Shown here one piece after another: positions 30,826 through 40,257 of a stretch of DNA of 59,525 nucleotides. The notes under the pieces were generated by a model, which saw only the letters and a list, made by a program, of their open reading frames with translations, searched no databases and had not been told where the DNA came from. The stretch is from NCBI GenBank assembly GCA_036350815.1, contig JAZBNU010000477.1, forward strand, positions 1 through 59,525. Reading direction: 5' to 3'. Position numbers and translations under genes: made by a program. Every line of letters begins with the position of its first letter. The first letter of the stretch is position 1. Source of the DNA: Desulfopila sp. Lineage in GTDB: Bacteria > Desulfobacterota > Desulfobulbia > Desulfobulbales > Desulfocapsaceae.

Positions 30826-31831
30826 TACACGGGCTGCACACTATCTTGCCACAGTGCGCTGGTCTGTTATCTGGGCTGTTGCCCTCAGTATATTGGTTCT
30901 GCTCCTTGCCTTCTGGGAAATGTTCTGGCGTCTGAATGGTTTTATCCCCAGCATAACCGATGACTGGCCTGTCTGGGGCAGTATCCGACGAGAGGTAAAC
31001 GCTGACCGGGCCGGAACAGCTCTGGTAGGAGCATCACGTGTACTGGTGGGCGTAAATCCTGATGCTTTTGTCGATATGGCACGAGGCCGCGCCTATATGC
31101 TGGCAATTGATGGGAGTAATCCTTTGCCTGTACTGGAGAATCTTGCTGCTGATCCGGGATTCAGGGGAAGGGTGATCTGTTCCATCCCTCCCTTCTGGCT
31201 TGCGGGCAGCACCCTGTCACGCGGTGACAGGGCGGAAAAATGGCTGCGCAAATATGAGAATCAGTCTTTTGCCTCAAAAATAGAAACCCGGCTTACTCTG
31301 TCGCTGCAGGCAAGTCTGGTTTTTCGTTATAGTGGTCTTGCGCCGGCGAACATATGGGAAAAGTGGCGCAAGAGGGAAAAACTGCGTCCTCCTTATGCTC
31401 CCATGCGGATTGACAGGTACCGGCCTGCGGATTATTCAAAAACAGATCTTGAAGCCCTTCGCATGGCGAGAGTCAATCGAACGCGGCAGATGCACCAGGA
31501 AACCAGTCCACTTGACCGTAATGAGTTTGCCGCAAGAGTTCAGGGAATTCAGGAGGCAGTGCGGAGGATACATTTGCGTGGAGGAAAGGTTGCTTTTGTG
31601 AGAATGCCTTCCTGCGGCCAGGTAAAGGAGATAGAGGAACAGACAATGCCTCGGCATACCTACTGGGATTTTTTCGCAGGACAGGTAACAGCGCACACCA
31701 TCCATTTTGAGGATTATCTTGAACTGAACAGGTCAAAATGTACCGACGGCTCCCATCTGAATTATGATGATGCACACTATTTTTCCGGGCAGCTTCTTGC
31801 CATATTGAGCGAGAAAGGATTTTTTCAATAA
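30800..31831 (+). CDS. Membrane-anchored SGNH-like partner of the MBOAT (AlgJ/DltD-like)
   Basis: N-terminal TM segment, VGASR and DGSH motifs, overlaps the MBOAT stop. Confidence 0.65.
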   Translation: MPLFISNSSTRAAHYLATVRWSVIWAVALSILVLLLAFWEMFWRLNGFIPSITDDWPVWGSIRREVNADRAGTALVGASRVLVGVNPDAFVDMARGRAYMLAIDGSNPLPVLENLAADPGFRGRVICSIPPFWLAGSTLSRGDRAEKWLRKYENQSFASKIETRLTLSLQASLVFRYSGLAPANIWEKWRKREKLRPPYAPMRIDRYRPADYSKTDLEALRMARVNRTRQMHQETSPLDRNEFAARVQGIQEAVRRIHLRGGKVAFVRMPSCGQVKEIEEQTMPRHTYWDFFAGQVTAHTIHFEDYLELNRSKCTDGSHLNYDDAHYFSGQLLAILSEKGFFQ

Positions 31832-31891
31832 AAGGTGTAACTGGCCGTGGTGTCCAACTGTTCAGAAAGTGACAAAGCAGAGTGTCTTTCG

Positions 31892-32536
31892 TCAGCTCTG
31901 CTCAAATTTCTTTTTCAGTTTATGAAGAAGTATGAAGAGAAGAAGAAAAGCGACTAAAGCTGCGGAGAAGAGAGAGAGGTTCAGGTCGGCCCCTGATTTC
32001 CCTAGAAGGATAAAGGGCAAGCCTAAAAGAGACTGAACGATGCAGTTCATCAGGACACAGGAGCGAAAAGAGGCTCCGGCCAGAGGCAGGAGATAATTTT
32101 TCCCGGCATAGGGTATCCCCGGTATAGCCAGAAAGATAAAGCTGAATAAGGCCTCTCGTTCATAAGGAATAGCAGGGACAGTGTAACCCATTGTATTGCT
32201 TAGTAAGTTTTCAAGAAAAGGGCGGAGGCTCTTTACCGCGAGAAAGGCAATGGTGGTGTGCAGCGGCAAGATAAGCAGCCAGAGTAAAATCCCCCAGAAA
32301 ACCCCGAATTTAATGCCTGCGATAACAAGGAATATGCTGATTGGAAAACCAGCCACAGGCAGAAGAACCATGAGTACAAGGAAGAGCGGCTCCGGCAGGT
32401 CTTCGTTTATCAAAGCGATGATATTCTGGAAAAGTCCAAAGTGGATGACAAGATATATTCCGGCTGCTGCCAGAACTGCTCCAATACAGAGCATTATGAT
32501 GAGGGAGGTCTTTTTAAAAAACAGTGGGAGGGTCAC
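31892..32536 (-). CDS. DedA/TVP38 (VTT domain) membrane protein
   Basis: Hydrophobic, with GFPIS...AGIKFG and IPGIPY..NY motifs. Confidence 0.7.
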   Translation of the reverse strand: MTLPLFFKKTSLIIMLCIGAVLAAAGIYLVIHFGLFQNIIALINEDLPEPLFLVLMVLLPVAGFPISIFLVIAGIKFGVFWGILLWLLILPLHTTIAFLAVKSLRPFLENLLSNTMGYTVPAIPYEREALFSFIFLAIPGIPYAGKNYLLPLAGASFRSCVLMNCIVQSLLGLPFILLGKSGADLNLSLFSAALVAFLLLFILLHKLKKKFEQS

Positions 32537-32883
32537 CGGTAAGATTCCTTCTTGAGCGTATCATCTTATAAATGAATGAAAATACGGTGAGAGTATAAGT
32601 AAAGCACTCTTTTCTGTCACTTCTTTTCCACTTTTCTCTGATTTTTGCAGGAGAATTTTTCAGGAAGAAGGGGTGATGGAGTTGATCACAGATGTATGTT
32701 TTTACCTGCAGTTGCATAGTGGTTTCCTGCTAATAAAAAAATGGTTTGACAGCGTATATGCTTTTCATTCTTACCCTTATAAAATGAGCACTGGAATTAC
32801 AAGAGCAATAGAAGTGGTTCTGTGGTGTTTTTTTTTCGTCTCCTGTAAGGCAGAGTTGCTTTTGGGTGTTTTGCGGAAATGGG

Positions 32884-32912
32884 TTGACGGACTGTATGGT
32901 AGAAACCATATT
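32884..32912 (+). promoter_or_regulatory. Probable sigma-70 promoter of pruA
   Basis: TTGACG-N17-CATATT, overlapping the palindrome TATGGT-AGAA-ACCATA. Confidence 0.4.
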
Positions 32913-32968
32913 GATAGTATACAATATTTGCGTGCAATGTTTGCGGCGCATAAATCCAGTGGGAGGAA

Positions 32969-34615
32969 ATGATGATGAATTTACTGAATAATGGTGTCCT
33001 TCGGGTTCCCAAACCAGTCAACGAGCCAATTTATGAGTATGCCCCAGGTTCACCGGAGAAAAAGCTTCTCAAATCTGCTTTGAGCGAAATGGCAGGAAAA
33101 AAAATTGAAATTCCGCTTATTATCGGGGGTAAAGAAATTACGACCGGTAATCTCGGCAAAGTGGTAATGCCACATGATCATGCTCATGTTCTGGCTACAT
33201 ACCATAAGGCTGGTCCGGCGGAAGTTCGCATGGCTATTGATACGGCACTGGCCGCGCAGAAAACCTGGCAGTCTTTCAGGTGGGAAGAGCGGTGTGCTGT
33301 TTTTCTCAAGGCAGCTGAGCTCCTTTCCGTAAAATATCGGTATCGTATTAATGCCGGTTCTATGCTTTCCACCAGCAAAAATGTGTATCAGGCAGAAATT
33401 GATGCAGCCTGTGAGCTTATCGATTTTCTCCGTTTTAATGCTTACTTTGCGCAGCAGATTTATTCCGAACAACCTGAATCAGCAAAAGGCATTTGGAACT
33501 ACCTTCAATACCGACCGCTTGAAGGGTTCGTGCTTGCGGTAACACCATTTAATTTTACGGCTATCGCCGGAAATCTGCCCACTGCTCCCGCACTCATGGG
33601 GAACACCATTGTGTGGAAGCCTGCAAGCAGTTGCGTCTATACGCCGTATCTTTTTATGCAGATCCTGGAGGAAGCCGGGTTGCCTCCCGGGGTAATAAAT
33701 TTTGTGCCGGGGTCTGGTGCAGATGTGGGAGATATATGCCTGGCGGATCCTCATCTAGCCGGCATACACTTTACCGGATCTACGGCTGTTTTCCAGAAGA
33801 TGTGGAAGACGGTAGGAGAGAATATTGCGGGATACAGATCCTATCCGCGTATCGTCGGTGAAACCGGTGGGAAGGATTTTATCTTTGCACACCATTCAGC
33901 CGTTCCGGAGCAGCTTATAACCGCAATGGTTCGAGGGGCTTTTGAATATCAGGGACAGAAATGCTCTGCTGCCAGTAGGGCGTTTATTCCTGAAAGCCTC
34001 TGGAGTGTGGTCAGTGAGGGACTGAAGGCGGAAATCGCAAAGATTGCCATGGGGCCGACAACGGACTTTCGTAACTTTTGTAATGCCGTAATTGACCAGA
34101 AAGCCTTTGCTGCAATCAGTGAATATATCACCTATGCCTCAGAGAGCAGCAATGCTGAGATACTGGCTGGCGGAAAGTGTGATGACAGTGTCGGCTATTT
34201 CATTGAGCCGACGGTTATTGTAACTACAGATCCAGCTTTTCGGACAATGACGGAGGAGATTTTCGGCCCGGTCTTGACAATCTATGTCTACAAAGATGAA
34301 CACTATGAGCAGACGTTGGATCTGTGTGACCAGTCGTCAATGTATGCCTTGACTGGAGCGATTTTTGCCGCCGACCGTGAAGCAGTCAGTACGGCGCTGG
34401 CCAGACTTGAGCATAGTGCTGGAAATTTCTACATCAACGATAAACCGACAGGTGCTGTTGTCGGACAGCAGCCTTTTGGTGGAGGCAGGTCTTCGGGAAC
34501 CAACGATAAGGCAGGTTTCTACAGCAATCTGATGCGATGGGTTTCACCCAGGACCGTTAAGGAGACTTTCGTCCCTCCTGTCTCTTTTGGGTATAGCTTT
34601 ATGGAAGAAGAATAG
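32969..34615 (+). CDS. pruA: 1-pyrroline-5-carboxylate (glutamate-gamma-semialdehyde) dehydrogenase
   Basis: TPFNFTAI, FTGST, GETGGKD, FEYQGQKCSA, EEIFGP, NDKPTGAVVGQQPFGG. Confidence 0.93.
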   Translation: MMMNLLNNGVLRVPKPVNEPIYEYAPGSPEKKLLKSALSEMAGKKIEIPLIIGGKEITTGNLGKVVMPHDHAHVLATYHKAGPAEVRMAIDTALAAQKTWQSFRWEERCAVFLKAAELLSVKYRYRINAGSMLSTSKNVYQAEIDAACELIDFLRFNAYFAQQIYSEQPESAKGIWNYLQYRPLEGFVLAVTPFNFTAIAGNLPTAPALMGNTIVWKPASSCVYTPYLFMQILEEAGLPPGVINFVPGSGADVGDICLADPHLAGIHFTGSTAVFQKMWKTVGENIAGYRSYPRIVGETGGKDFIFAHHSAVPEQLITAMVRGAFEYQGQKCSAASRAFIPESLWSVVSEGLKAEIAKIAMGPTTDFRNFCNAVIDQKAFAAISEYITYASESSNAEILAGGKCDDSVGYFIEPTVIVTTDPAFRTMTEEIFGPVLTIYVYKDEHYEQTLDLCDQSSMYALTGAIFAADREAVSTALARLEHSAGNFYINDKPTGAVVGQQPFGGGRSSGTNDKAGFYSNLMRWVSPRTVKETFVPPVSFGYSFMEEE

Positions 34616-34954
34616 CTGCGATAAATACCAAGTGTTATCCAAATCGGATTTTTCACCATGCTGGTGAGTTATATCCGCCCGCCCGTAACTGAGAGAAGAT
34701 TGCTGCAGTGAATCTGCAGCAGCTCTCTTCAGGATGAGTTTAATTATCTGCCAGTGAGATGTGAGAGCCTGGTTATACCTGTATAATTCTAGCCCTATTG
34801 AATAAAGAATCTCTTTTTTACCCTGCAGGACTGGCATGGTAAGGACTTTGTGTTATTGTTTCTCCTATGATAATACAGAAAATCATGTTTATTCCTGTTG
34901 GCTTTCTGGAGCGTATAGTGGCTGTTGATTACAAGAAGAAGAAAAGGAAAAGGT

Positions 34955-35428
34955 ATGTTTCCTGTCAGATCGATATTATGGCCTAGTGATGGAAGTGAAA
35001 ATGCCTTCAAAGCCCTGGAAGCCGCCGCTGAGATTGCTGTGAGGTTCAGTGCTGATATTCACGCTCTCCAGGTAGTGCATCAGGTTCCAACGGTTGTGGG
35101 GGCAGGTTTTTCCCCTGTGGCCGTAAAAGGTTTTGACGTCCCTCTTTATGAACAGGAACTTCTCAGATCAGCAGAAGAAGAATTGAAGCAAACTTTACAA
35201 GTAAAACTTCCTGAGGAGGTTAAGGCTTCGGCTCACGTGATAGTGGGAATTCCATCTGATGAAATTGTTCTTTTCGCCCAGAATAATTCTATTGATCTGA
35301 TTGTGATGGCTACGCATGGACGTACCGGTATATCACGGTTTATGCTTGGCTCTGTGGCAGAAAAGACCATTCGTCAATCCACCATACCAACATTGGTGAT
35401 ACCGGTGAAGGAAACTGCAAATGACTGA
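34955..35428 (+). CDS. Universal stress protein
   Basis: ILWPSDGS, DLIVMATHGRTG..MLGSVAEK. Confidence 0.9.
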   Translation: MFPVRSILWPSDGSENAFKALEAAAEIAVRFSADIHALQVVHQVPTVVGAGFSPVAVKGFDVPLYEQELLRSAEEELKQTLQVKLPEEVKASAHVIVGIPSDEIVLFAQNNSIDLIVMATHGRTGISRFMLGSVAEKTIRQSTIPTLVIPVKETAND

Positions 35429-35565
35429 TGTGTTCCAGATGTGTACCCGGTTGCACAACTATTTAGGCGTTTCCGGGATATAGAAATTTAGAGAACTGGA
35501 TTAATGCGCAGTCATGAGATACTGTAACCTGGTAAACCAAGATTATGATTGTGAAGGAGGAAACT

Positions 35566-35820
35566 ATGTATACCAAAGAAGAACTCTGTAAAAAAATAAC
35601 CGAGCTCTATCCAGAGATAGGTGTTTGCGGGATAGATGTGGATGTTTTTTTCGATTCGGAAAAAGATGCTTGGGTGGTTGATTTGAAGAAAGATTCACAT
35701 GAATTGAAACATTATCTTGATCTCCCCGAAGCCGACAGCTGTATGGAGGGGCATAAATGCGTTCCGCTCGGCCTGGAAATCGCGCAATTGAAAAAAAATA
35801 TCGAGGGCAAGCAGTTTTAG
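35566..35820 (+). CDS. Small hypothetical protein (84 aa)
   Basis: Strong RBS AAGGAGG. Protein-like sequence (YPEIGVCG...WVVDLK...CMEGHKC). Confidence 0.7.
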   Translation: MYTKEELCKKITELYPEIGVCGIDVDVFFDSEKDAWVVDLKKDSHELKHYLDLPEADSCMEGHKCVPLGLEIAQLKKNIEGKQF

Positions 35821-35927
35821 CTACCTCAATTCATGGAATTTTAGCGGCACGATTCCAGGGTATGTCGACTTGCAGAAGAGTTGAGATACCCGAAAAAACA
35901 GGAAAATTGCAAGAGAGGTAAAGGCGT

Positions 35928-36398
35928 ATGATGCTATTTCATGCAGCACAGCAGAAAATGAAGCACGCGATAACAACAGGATTTATAGTGCTCCTTGTGG
36001 TGTTTCTTTCACCATCCGGTGCCATGTCGACAGAAAGTGATGTTGTCAAAGAGGTAAAGGAGGCTGCTGCTGCCATTGCTGAGTACAGCGTGGAACAGAA
36101 AGATGCGGCAATGGAAAAGGCCAGGGAGATGATGGTGAAACTCGATGCCCAGATTGATGCTTTGGAGCGAAAAATCAAAGAAGATTGGGGAACTATGCGA
36201 CAGGAGTCGAAAGAGAAGTATGCAGAGACACTCCAAACTCTTCGTCAGCAGCGCAACGAGCTTTCCGAGTGGTATGGTTCGATGAAGTACAGCTCCAAGG
36301 ATGCCTGGAGGGAAGCGAAAGAGGGGTTCTCGCAGTCGTATGACAGATTGATGCGGTCCTGGAAAAATGCAACAACGGAAATGGACGAACAAATCTAG
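35928..36398 (+). CDS. Secreted coiled-coil hypothetical protein
   Basis: Signal peptide followed by charged amphipathic helices. The start may be 35958. Confidence 0.7.
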   Translation: MMLFHAAQQKMKHAITTGFIVLLVVFLSPSGAMSTESDVVKEVKEAAAAIAEYSVEQKDAAMEKAREMMVKLDAQIDALERKIKEDWGTMRQESKEKYAETLQTLRQQRNELSEWYGSMKYSSKDAWREAKEGFSQSYDRLMRSWKNATTEMDEQI

Positions 36399-36413
36399 CT
36401 CCTTTCTGACCGC

Positions 36414-36677
36414 TACCCCGGATATTTCATGGCTTGAGATGGCTTGCTAGACAAGGAGACTTGCGATAGGCTATACGTGGTGTATGAATGTCGCAAAAGC
36501 GACGCGGGGCAGCGAGCCATATCGAGCCACCCGAAGGGTGAAAAACCTGTTGATGACAATTGCTCATCGAATGGACAAATGGTACCACAGAACCCTCCAA
36601 TAAACGCAATGATAATTGCCAGGAATACCAGTATATAAAAACCCTCATCGAGGGTTTTACATGAAATATTCGGACTA
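36414..36677. mobile_element. MITE-like non-autonomous element (264 bp)
   Basis: Ends TACCCCGGATATTTCATG and CATGAAATATTCGGACTA match 15/18 as an inverted repeat with TA at both ends. The left end recurs at 53029-53055. Confidence 0.6.
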
Positions 36678-36758
36678 AATTAAGTGGGTCGAAATTCGGC
36701 TCTAAACGATAGGTAAAACTGCCGGGATGCTGCAGGCAGAGACAAAAGGGGGACTGTG

Positions 36759-36959
36759 ATGGGAGTTGAGGTAGGGGGGGTGTTCGGGCTTCTTCTTCTT
36801 ATTGCCGATATATGGGCGATAATCAGTGTAGTGCAGAGTCCGGCCGGTATTGGGAATAAAGTTTTATGGGTTGTGCTTATTTTGATTTTACCCTTTCTGG
36901 GGTTGATTTTCTGGTTCCTGCTTGGGCCGAAAGCTGGGCACAGCAGGCGGAAAATCTGA
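36759..36959 (+). CDS. PLDc_N-like small membrane protein
   Basis: DIWAIISV...KVLWVVLILILPFLGLIFWFLLG. Confidence 0.8.
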   Translation: MGVEVGGVFGLLLLIADIWAIISVVQSPAGIGNKVLWVVLILILPFLGLIFWFLLGPKAGHSRRKI

Positions 36960-37062
36960 ATTTGTATGGAAGGCGGCAGTCGCTCCCGGCGCATTCTGCC
37001 ATGAGCACAGGGCAAGCCGACTCGTACCATTATAACGATACTATATGTAGAGAGGGGATGGG

Positions 37063-37833
37063 ATGAGAGCAATTCTTCGATGGGATGAAAGCTTACGTGT
37101 TGGAGTGGAGGTAATTGATAACCAGCACAAAATTTTGTTTGATCTGGCAAATGATCTTCATAATGCCGTAAATACAGGTGCCGGCCGGCAGGTTGTGGAC
37201 ACTTTATTTTCCGTTATTGTTAATTATTCCTTTAAACACTTTACTACCGAAGAAGAGCTTGTTGACGACCTAGGAAACTACCAAGACCACTGCTGCCAGC
37301 ATTATAAGCTCATCAAGCAGCTTCATCAGTATGTGCTGGATTTCCGTAACAACAGAACAGATGGAATTGGACCCGGTGAATTTCTGGAAACGTGGCTATT
37401 AGGACATATCAGGGAATACGATATTCCCGCACTTGAACCCAAGGTTGAGACAATTGCCTTTCAAGAGGTAGACAGCTTTGACGAATTCAGTGATCAAGAG
37501 AAGGAGCGACGGCTGCATAAGCGAATACGGAGCAGTAAAATAGTGGATGGTGACATCGTCGGGCATCTTTATAATGCAAACAACATGAAGACCGGAACAG
37601 CAACGGTGATGGATCTGTCTGTCGGAGGACTGAGGATTTCAACGAAACAGCGGCTTGATGTTGATGATCTTCTCATTATCAGCTGCATGGTGGGGAAAAA
37701 TTTTAAAATGCGGGAAAAGCTGAGGGTGGTCAGTCGACATGAGGAATTTTATGGAGTTGAGTTTGTTGCCCCTTCAGAAGAAACGAGGCGTTTTCTGACG
37801 GAACTGTGCGGTGCAATTCATAAATATCATTGA
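37063..37833 (+). CDS. Bacteriohemerythrin-PilZ fusion protein
   Basis: Hemerythrin motifs W...VGV..ID.QH, HFTTEE, H...H, WLLGHI...D. PilZ motifs ERRLHKR, DLSVGG, YGVEF. Confidence 0.8.
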   Translation: MRAILRWDESLRVGVEVIDNQHKILFDLANDLHNAVNTGAGRQVVDTLFSVIVNYSFKHFTTEEELVDDLGNYQDHCCQHYKLIKQLHQYVLDFRNNRTDGIGPGEFLETWLLGHIREYDIPALEPKVETIAFQEVDSFDEFSDQEKERRLHKRIRSSKIVDGDIVGHLYNANNMKTGTATVMDLSVGGLRISTKQRLDVDDLLIISCMVGKNFKMREKLRVVSRHEEFYGVEFVAPSEETRRFLTELCGAIHKYH

Positions 37834-37904
37834 GTCGGCTGGAAGTACCACTATGTGGTACTTTTTCGGTGACAGGGGGGAATAATCGTAGTATTCTTAC
37901 AATC

Positions 37905-37920
37905 AGGCATGAAGGATGCT
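37905..37920 (+). promoter_or_regulatory. Possible sigma-54 promoter of the nuoEF-fdh operon
   Basis: AGGCATGAAGGATGCT has GG-N10-GC spacing, about 65 nt upstream of the ATG. Confidence 0.35.
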
Positions 37921-37984
37921 TTCACTGTACGGGAGAAACCCGGGGCCCTGATGTTTCATTTATGCGGACTGTTGAAGAACTCGA

Positions 37985-38467
37985 ATGGAGATTCGTTTCA
38001 TGGAGAAAACACAGGAAGAAAAGCTGGAGTCGATATACCGCAGAACTTTGGCTCTGGGGGATAATATAATAACAGTACTGCAGGAGATTCAAAACGAGTT
38101 TGGTTACGTCCCGGAAGAGACCGTTGACTGGTTTGCGAAACGATCCAGTATCCCTGCCTCGAGGTTCTATGGTGTCATTACATTCTACTCTCAGTTTCAC
38201 TTAAATCCCCGCGGAAAGAATATAGTAACCGTTTGTTCCGGCACCGTGTGCCATGTAAAAGGTGCTCCCCGAATAATCAATAAGCTCAGGGGTGAGCTCA
38301 AGCTCAGTGAAGGTGTTCAGACAACGGGGGATTTGCAGTTCACCCTCGAAAATGTCAACTGTGTCGGGGCCTGCAGTATAGCCCCGGTTGTCATTGTCAA
38401 CGATAAGGTGTACGGCAAACAATCACCTGACAAAATGGTGAAGAATATTAGAACATACAAGGAATAA
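37985..38467 (+). CDS. NuoE/HylC-like [2Fe-2S] subunit
   Basis: TFYSQF, VCSGTVCHVKG, CVGACSIAP. Confidence 0.9.
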   Translation: MEIRFMEKTQEEKLESIYRRTLALGDNIITVLQEIQNEFGYVPEETVDWFAKRSSIPASRFYGVITFYSQFHLNPRGKNIVTVCSGTVCHVKGAPRIINKLRGELKLSEGVQTTGDLQFTLENVNCVGACSIAPVVIVNDKVYGKQSPDKMVKNIRTYKE

Positions 38468-38470
38468 AAT

Positions 38471-40252
38471 GTGAACAGCCGGATAACTATCAATGTATGC
38501 TTGGGAACCGGCGGTATAGCTGCCGGTGCTGTTCAGGTGATGGATGCCTTTCGAGAGGAGCTGGCTGCTGTCGGGCTTGGCGATGTTGCCTTAAAAGAAG
38601 GATGTAAGCTTCATAAGGTCGGTTGCCGCGGCTTTTGTGCCCGTGATGTACTGGTTGATATCAGTCGTGGTGATGCAACCGCTACCTACCAATATGTCGA
38701 AGCCAAAATGGTAAAACGACTTGTCTCGGAACATATTGTGGGTGGAAATCCGGTGCAGGAATGGCTGGTGGACGACAATTATCATACATTTCATGAAAAA
38801 CAGGAAAAGATTGTTCTGGCCGATCTCGGTAAAATTGATCCGGAATCCATAGACGACTATCTTGCTGTGAACGGATACAAGGCAACGGAAAAAGTGATGA
38901 CATCCATGGAACCGCAGGATGTTATCACGATCATTAAGGATGCCGGGCTCAGAGGGCGGGGAGGCGCGGGTTTTCTCACCGGAGTGAAATGGGGCTACTG
39001 TGCCGTGAATGACGCGGAGCAGAAATACATCATCTGCAATGCCGATGAGGGCGACCCCGGGGCGTTCATGGACCGCTCTATCATTGAAGGAAATCCGCAC
39101 GCGGTGATAGAAGGCATGATTATTGGGGCCTATGCCATTGGCGCAACTATTGGATATGTTTATATTCGGGCAGAATATCCCCTTGCCGTGGAACGATTAC
39201 GAACTGCCATAAAGCAGGCAGGCGAAAAAGGATATCTTGGAAAAAATATCTGTCAGTCGCATTTCAATTTTGAATTGAAGATAAAACTTGGAGCCGGTGC
39301 GTTTGTCTGTGGAGAGGAGACTGCTCTGCTGGCATCCATTGAAGGTGAGCGGGGCATGCCGCGATCCAAACCGCCTTTTCCCGCCCATAAAGGGCTGTGG
39401 GGTAAACCGACTATTATCAATAATGTCGAAACTCTGGCGAATATACCACCGATCATTAACAGGGGGCCGCAGTGGTTTGCCTCAATAGGAACAGAGACCA
39501 GTAAGGGCACCAAGGTTATTGCTCTTACGGGGAAGATACGTAACACCGGCCTGATCGAGATTCCCATGGGAATGACCCTCAAGGAAATAATTTATGATAT
39601 CGGAGGCGGTATAGAGGGTGACCGGCTTTTCAAGGCCGTTCAGACCGGTGGGCCTTCCGGCGGCTGTATTCCCCAGCAGCATATCGACCTTGCAGTTGAT
39701 TATGAGGGACTGCAGTCTGTTGGCTCAATGATGGGTTCAGGTGGCATGGTGGTTCTCGATGAGACTGATTGTATGGTTAACATCGCCAAATTCTTTCTCC
39801 AGTTCACCAAGGAAGAGTCATGCGGCAAGTGTGTACCCTGCCGTATTGGGACGAAGAGACTTTTGGAGATCCTTACCCGGATTACAGAAGGACAGGGGAA
39901 AAAGGAGGATCTGGATCTGCTGCAGACCCTGGCTGAAAACGTGAGGGATTCCAGCCTTTGCGGCCTTGGCATGTCGGCCCCCAATCCGGTATTGAGCACT
40001 CTCAGATTTTTCCGTCATGAGTATGAAGCCCATATTATCCAGAAGAAATGTCCAGCCAAGGTGTGCAGCGCGCTGCTGACCTTTTTCATCCGGGAGGATC
40101 ACTGTGTCGGCTGCGGTATGTGTCTGCGGGCCTGTCCTGCAGCCGCGGTTTCCGGGGAGAAAAAGAAAGTGCATAAGATAGATAACGCATTGTGTATCAG
40201 GTGCGGCGCCTGCTATGATGCGTGTAAGTTTAACGCGGTGCTGAAGGAGTAG
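38471..40252 (+). CDS. NuoF/HylB-like FMN/NADH-binding subunit
   Basis: LRGRGGAGF, NADEGDPGAFMDR, CGEET, GGPSG, ESCGKCVPCR. Thioredoxin-like N-terminus and a C-terminal 2x[4Fe-4S]. Confidence 0.92.
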   Translation: MNSRITINVCLGTGGIAAGAVQVMDAFREELAAVGLGDVALKEGCKLHKVGCRGFCARDVLVDISRGDATATYQYVEAKMVKRLVSEHIVGGNPVQEWLVDDNYHTFHEKQEKIVLADLGKIDPESIDDYLAVNGYKATEKVMTSMEPQDVITIIKDAGLRGRGGAGFLTGVKWGYCAVNDAEQKYIICNADEGDPGAFMDRSIIEGNPHAVIEGMIIGAYAIGATIGYVYIRAEYPLAVERLRTAIKQAGEKGYLGKNICQSHFNFELKIKLGAGAFVCGEETALLASIEGERGMPRSKPPFPAHKGLWGKPTIINNVETLANIPPIINRGPQWFASIGTETSKGTKVIALTGKIRNTGLIEIPMGMTLKEIIYDIGGGIEGDRLFKAVQTGGPSGGCIPQQHIDLAVDYEGLQSVGSMMGSGGMVVLDETDCMVNIAKFFLQFTKEESCGKCVPCRIGTKRLLEILTRITEGQGKKEDLDLLQTLAENVRDSSLCGLGMSAPNPVLSTLRFFRHEYEAHIIQKKCPAKVCSALLTFFIREDHCVGCGMCLRACPAAAVSGEKKKVHKIDNALCIRCGACYDACKFNAVLKE

Positions 40253-40257
40253 TTGGT

